Shown: positions 62,234 through 64,000 of the stretch, one piece after another
Layout: each line of letters starts with the position of its first letter
Numbering within the stretch: the stretch's first letter is position 1
Source: Bacilli bacterium
GTDB taxonomy: Bacteria; Bacillota_I; Bacilli_A; RFN20; CAG-826
NCBI GenBank assembly: GCA_045598525.1
Contig: JAZLMH010000023.1
Span: forward strand, 81,201-145,200
Length of the DNA: 64,000 nucleotides
Direction: 5' to 3'
Notes under the pieces: model-generated
Databases searched by the model: none
What the model saw: the letters and a program-made list of their open reading frames with translations, nothing else
Told to the model about the DNA's origin: nothing
Program-made: the position numbers and the translations under genes

Positions 62234-63277
62234 ATGAACAAGAATGACGTTAAGAAAAAATTACCTAAAAAAGGCCTCATTGACCCAAATAAAACCAAGA
62301 CTTATTTGGTTTATCATGAGACCGATCTTTTGACCTTTTTGCGTGAAAAGATTCCAGGGCAAAACCAACATAATATTCGTCATATGATTTCCAATCATCA
62401 GGTTGCAGTTGGGGGCGCTCCAACAAACCAGTGGTTCTATAAGTTATACCCAGAAGATGAAGTTACTGTTTCTTGGACTCCTATCAAAAAAAGAGAAAGA
62501 AAAGATCTTCCAATCATCTATGAAGATGAAGACATCATCGCGATAAACAAGCCTTCCGGTCTTTTATCTGTTGCTTCAGACAGAGAAAAAGGAAAAACAG
62601 CTTATCGTTTAGTCACGGATTGGTTAACTCAGACAAGAAAAAACGCCCGAGTGTTTGTTGTTCATCGCCTTGATGAAGACACTTCCGGTGTTTTGATATT
62701 CGCCAAAAACTGGGAAGTGCGCGAAGCTCTCCAAAACGCTTGGTCAGAGATTGTTACTAAGCGTGGTTATTACGCCATTGTCGAAGGCGAAGATATAGAC
62801 GAAGAAGGAACGCTTAAAGATTATCTTTGGCAAGACGAGACGTTTACTGTCCATATAACGAAAAGCAAGACCAAAGGCAAATTGGCGATCACTCATTATA
62901 AAAAGATGGCTGCCAAAGGCGGCTATGCTTTGCTTGACGTCAACATCGACACAGGAAGAAAGAATCAAATTAGAGCTCAATTAGGCCATATCGGCCATTA
63001 CGTTATTGGCGATGACAGATATGGAGAGCCATCAAACCCAATCAAGAGACTTGGGCTCCATGCGTATGAGCTTGATTTCAAGAATCCGTTAAACGGAAAA
63101 GAGTATAAAATCTCGGCAGAAATACCTGCTGCATTCAAAAAATTGTTCTGGGTTACCCATGCAGAACAAAGAGCCATGGAAGAAGAGAAGAAAAAGAAGA
63201 AAATGGCCACAAAAATTAAAAAAGATCAAGCACCAAAACCTGTGAGGCGCGATCAAAAGAAATGGAGAAAGCATTAG
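62234..63277 (+). CDS. RluA-family 23S rRNA pseudouridine synthase (S4 domain plus catalytic domain) with a Lys-rich tail
   Basis: Catalytic HRLDEDTSGVLIFAKN, DTGRKNQIRAQL, LHAYEL. Confidence 0.9.
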   Translation: MNKNDVKKKLPKKGLIDPNKTKTYLVYHETDLLTFLREKIPGQNQHNIRHMISNHQVAVGGAPTNQWFYKLYPEDEVTVSWTPIKKRERKDLPIIYEDEDIIAINKPSGLLSVASDREKGKTAYRLVTDWLTQTRKNARVFVVHRLDEDTSGVLIFAKNWEVREALQNAWSEIVTKRGYYAIVEGEDIDEEGTLKDYLWQDETFTVHITKSKTKGKLAITHYKKMAAKGGYALLDVNIDTGRKNQIRAQLGHIGHYVIGDDRYGEPSNPIKRLGLHAYELDFKNPLNGKEYKISAEIPAAFKKLFWVTHAEQRAMEEEKKKKKMATKIKKDQAPKPVRRDQKKWRKH

Positions 63278-63412
63278 AGGTTTGATAAACAAAGAATCAA
63301 AATAACGCAAGTGCAATTTAAATTGCCTTGCCTTATTATTACCGTTACCCACAATGGTTATTAAAGGAGCACAGTTACGAGTCAAGAACAGCAAACAGCA
63401 ACATTAACTAGT

Positions 63413-64000
63413 TTGAGAAAGCCAACATTCAAAGAGTTATTACACGAAAAATGTGGCTTCCTTTTCGATCCGCATAGTTTGTTCTATTATTTCTGGGCAA
63501 TTGTTCTCCTTGGTTTCCTTTGGATGGCGTTTTCGTTATTCACGAATGCTTTCACGCAGTTCTACCCATGGACAGATTATTTTGGACAGTATGTGACAAT
63601 GACCCATTATTATTGGGACTGTTGGCATACGTTCTTTAAAACTGGTTATTTTGAGCTTTATTCCCCAAATACATATATTGGCTCTGATAATATTGGTTCA
63701 AATGCTTATTATGGACTTTTTGATCCGTTCTTGTTCATTTGCTATCTTTTCCCACGCGTTTGGGTTCCTCAAACATTTGCTGTAGCAACTTGGTTCAAGG
63801 GGGCTGTTGGTGCTCTTGCAATGAGAGCCTATCTCAAATACATGGGCCTTAGCGAAAGCACTTCGAAAATTGGTGGTGTTGCGTTTGCGTTCAACGGATG
63901 GGTCAACTATTTTGTTGGATTCCCTTCCTTTGTTTCTGTTGCGTTTGCTTTCCCTATGATCCTCTTGGGAATTGAGAAAGTCATAAAAGATAAAAAACCA
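63413..64000 (+). CDS. YfhO-family (GT-C fold) membrane protein; 3' end beyond the window, start codon uncertain
   Basis: Frame open from 63365 to the window end; not in the track. GQYVTMTHYYWDCWH and GSNAYYGLFDPFLFICYLFP parallel the B. subtilis YfhO N-terminal region. First canonical start is TTG 63413. Confidence 0.6.
   Translation, partial: MRKPTFKELLHEKCGFLFDPHSLFYYFWAIVLLGFLWMAFSLFTNAFTQFYPWTDYFGQYVTMTHYYWDCWHTFFKTGYFELYSPNTYIGSDNIGSNAYYGLFDPFLFICYLFPRVWVPQTFAVATWFKGAVGALAMRAYLKYMGLSESTSKIGGVAFAFNGWVNYFVGFPSFVSVAFAFPMILLGIEKVIKDKKP

Noticed and set aside
63354-63407. Programmed -1 frameshift from the 17-codon ORF into the YfhO frame.
   Set aside because: The overlap contains no slippery heptamer (X XXY YYZ) and no downstream stimulatory structure. 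The observation is kept only as a start-codon anomaly.

Overview
This window is the chromosomal replication-origin region of a low-GC, standard-code bacterium. Gene order and protein families suggest a Firmicutes or Erysipelotrichia/Acholeplasma-like organism, but that is an inference, not a database hit.

Core layout: rpmH-rnpA-yidC-jag-mnmE lies on the minus strand, left of a bipartite oriC (DnaA-box clusters at 15724..16302 and 17665..17808). To the right, on the plus strand, are dnaA-dnaN-yaaA-recF-gyrB-gyrA-serS, a short SRP RNA and tadA. A perfect 16-bp parS palindrome sits inside rnmV, about 5.5 kb from the origin, yet no parAB, mnmG or rsmG is present.

The rest is mostly housekeeping and metabolism: ppdK, ispE, ksgA, metG, rumA, rpmE, glk, glf, a GH3 enzyme, a GT2 enzyme, and an arginine-to-putrescine pathway. 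Single accessory genes are scattered among them. I found no rRNA, tRNA, CRISPR array, transposase, integrase or prophage, and no complete, recognisable multi-gene defence or mobile system.

Most interesting signals:
1. A recurrent TGnTAnnnT-N6/7-ATG start architecture with no Shine-Dalgarno (SD) sequence, at about 8 genes, predicting leaderless mRNAs.
2. An orphan DinJ/RelB-type antitoxin whose promoter carries three perfect 9-bp direct repeats at 11-bp phasing.
3. A 538-aa protein with a PhoH2-type PIN domain, no ATPase, an internally duplicated NPNYP module and a histone-H1-like Lys/Pro/Glu tract.
4. Two Rosetta-stone fusions: arginine decarboxylase with agmatine deiminase, and a nucleotidyltransferase with a GmhB-like phosphatase.
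5. Twin CIRCE operators bracketing an hsp20 promoter.
6. A membrane protein with an M50-like fold whose HExxH motif reads LEFGH.
7. A terminator-bounded single-gene islet encoding a 287-aa coiled-coil protein.

All functional calls rest on motif recognition by eye; no searches were run.
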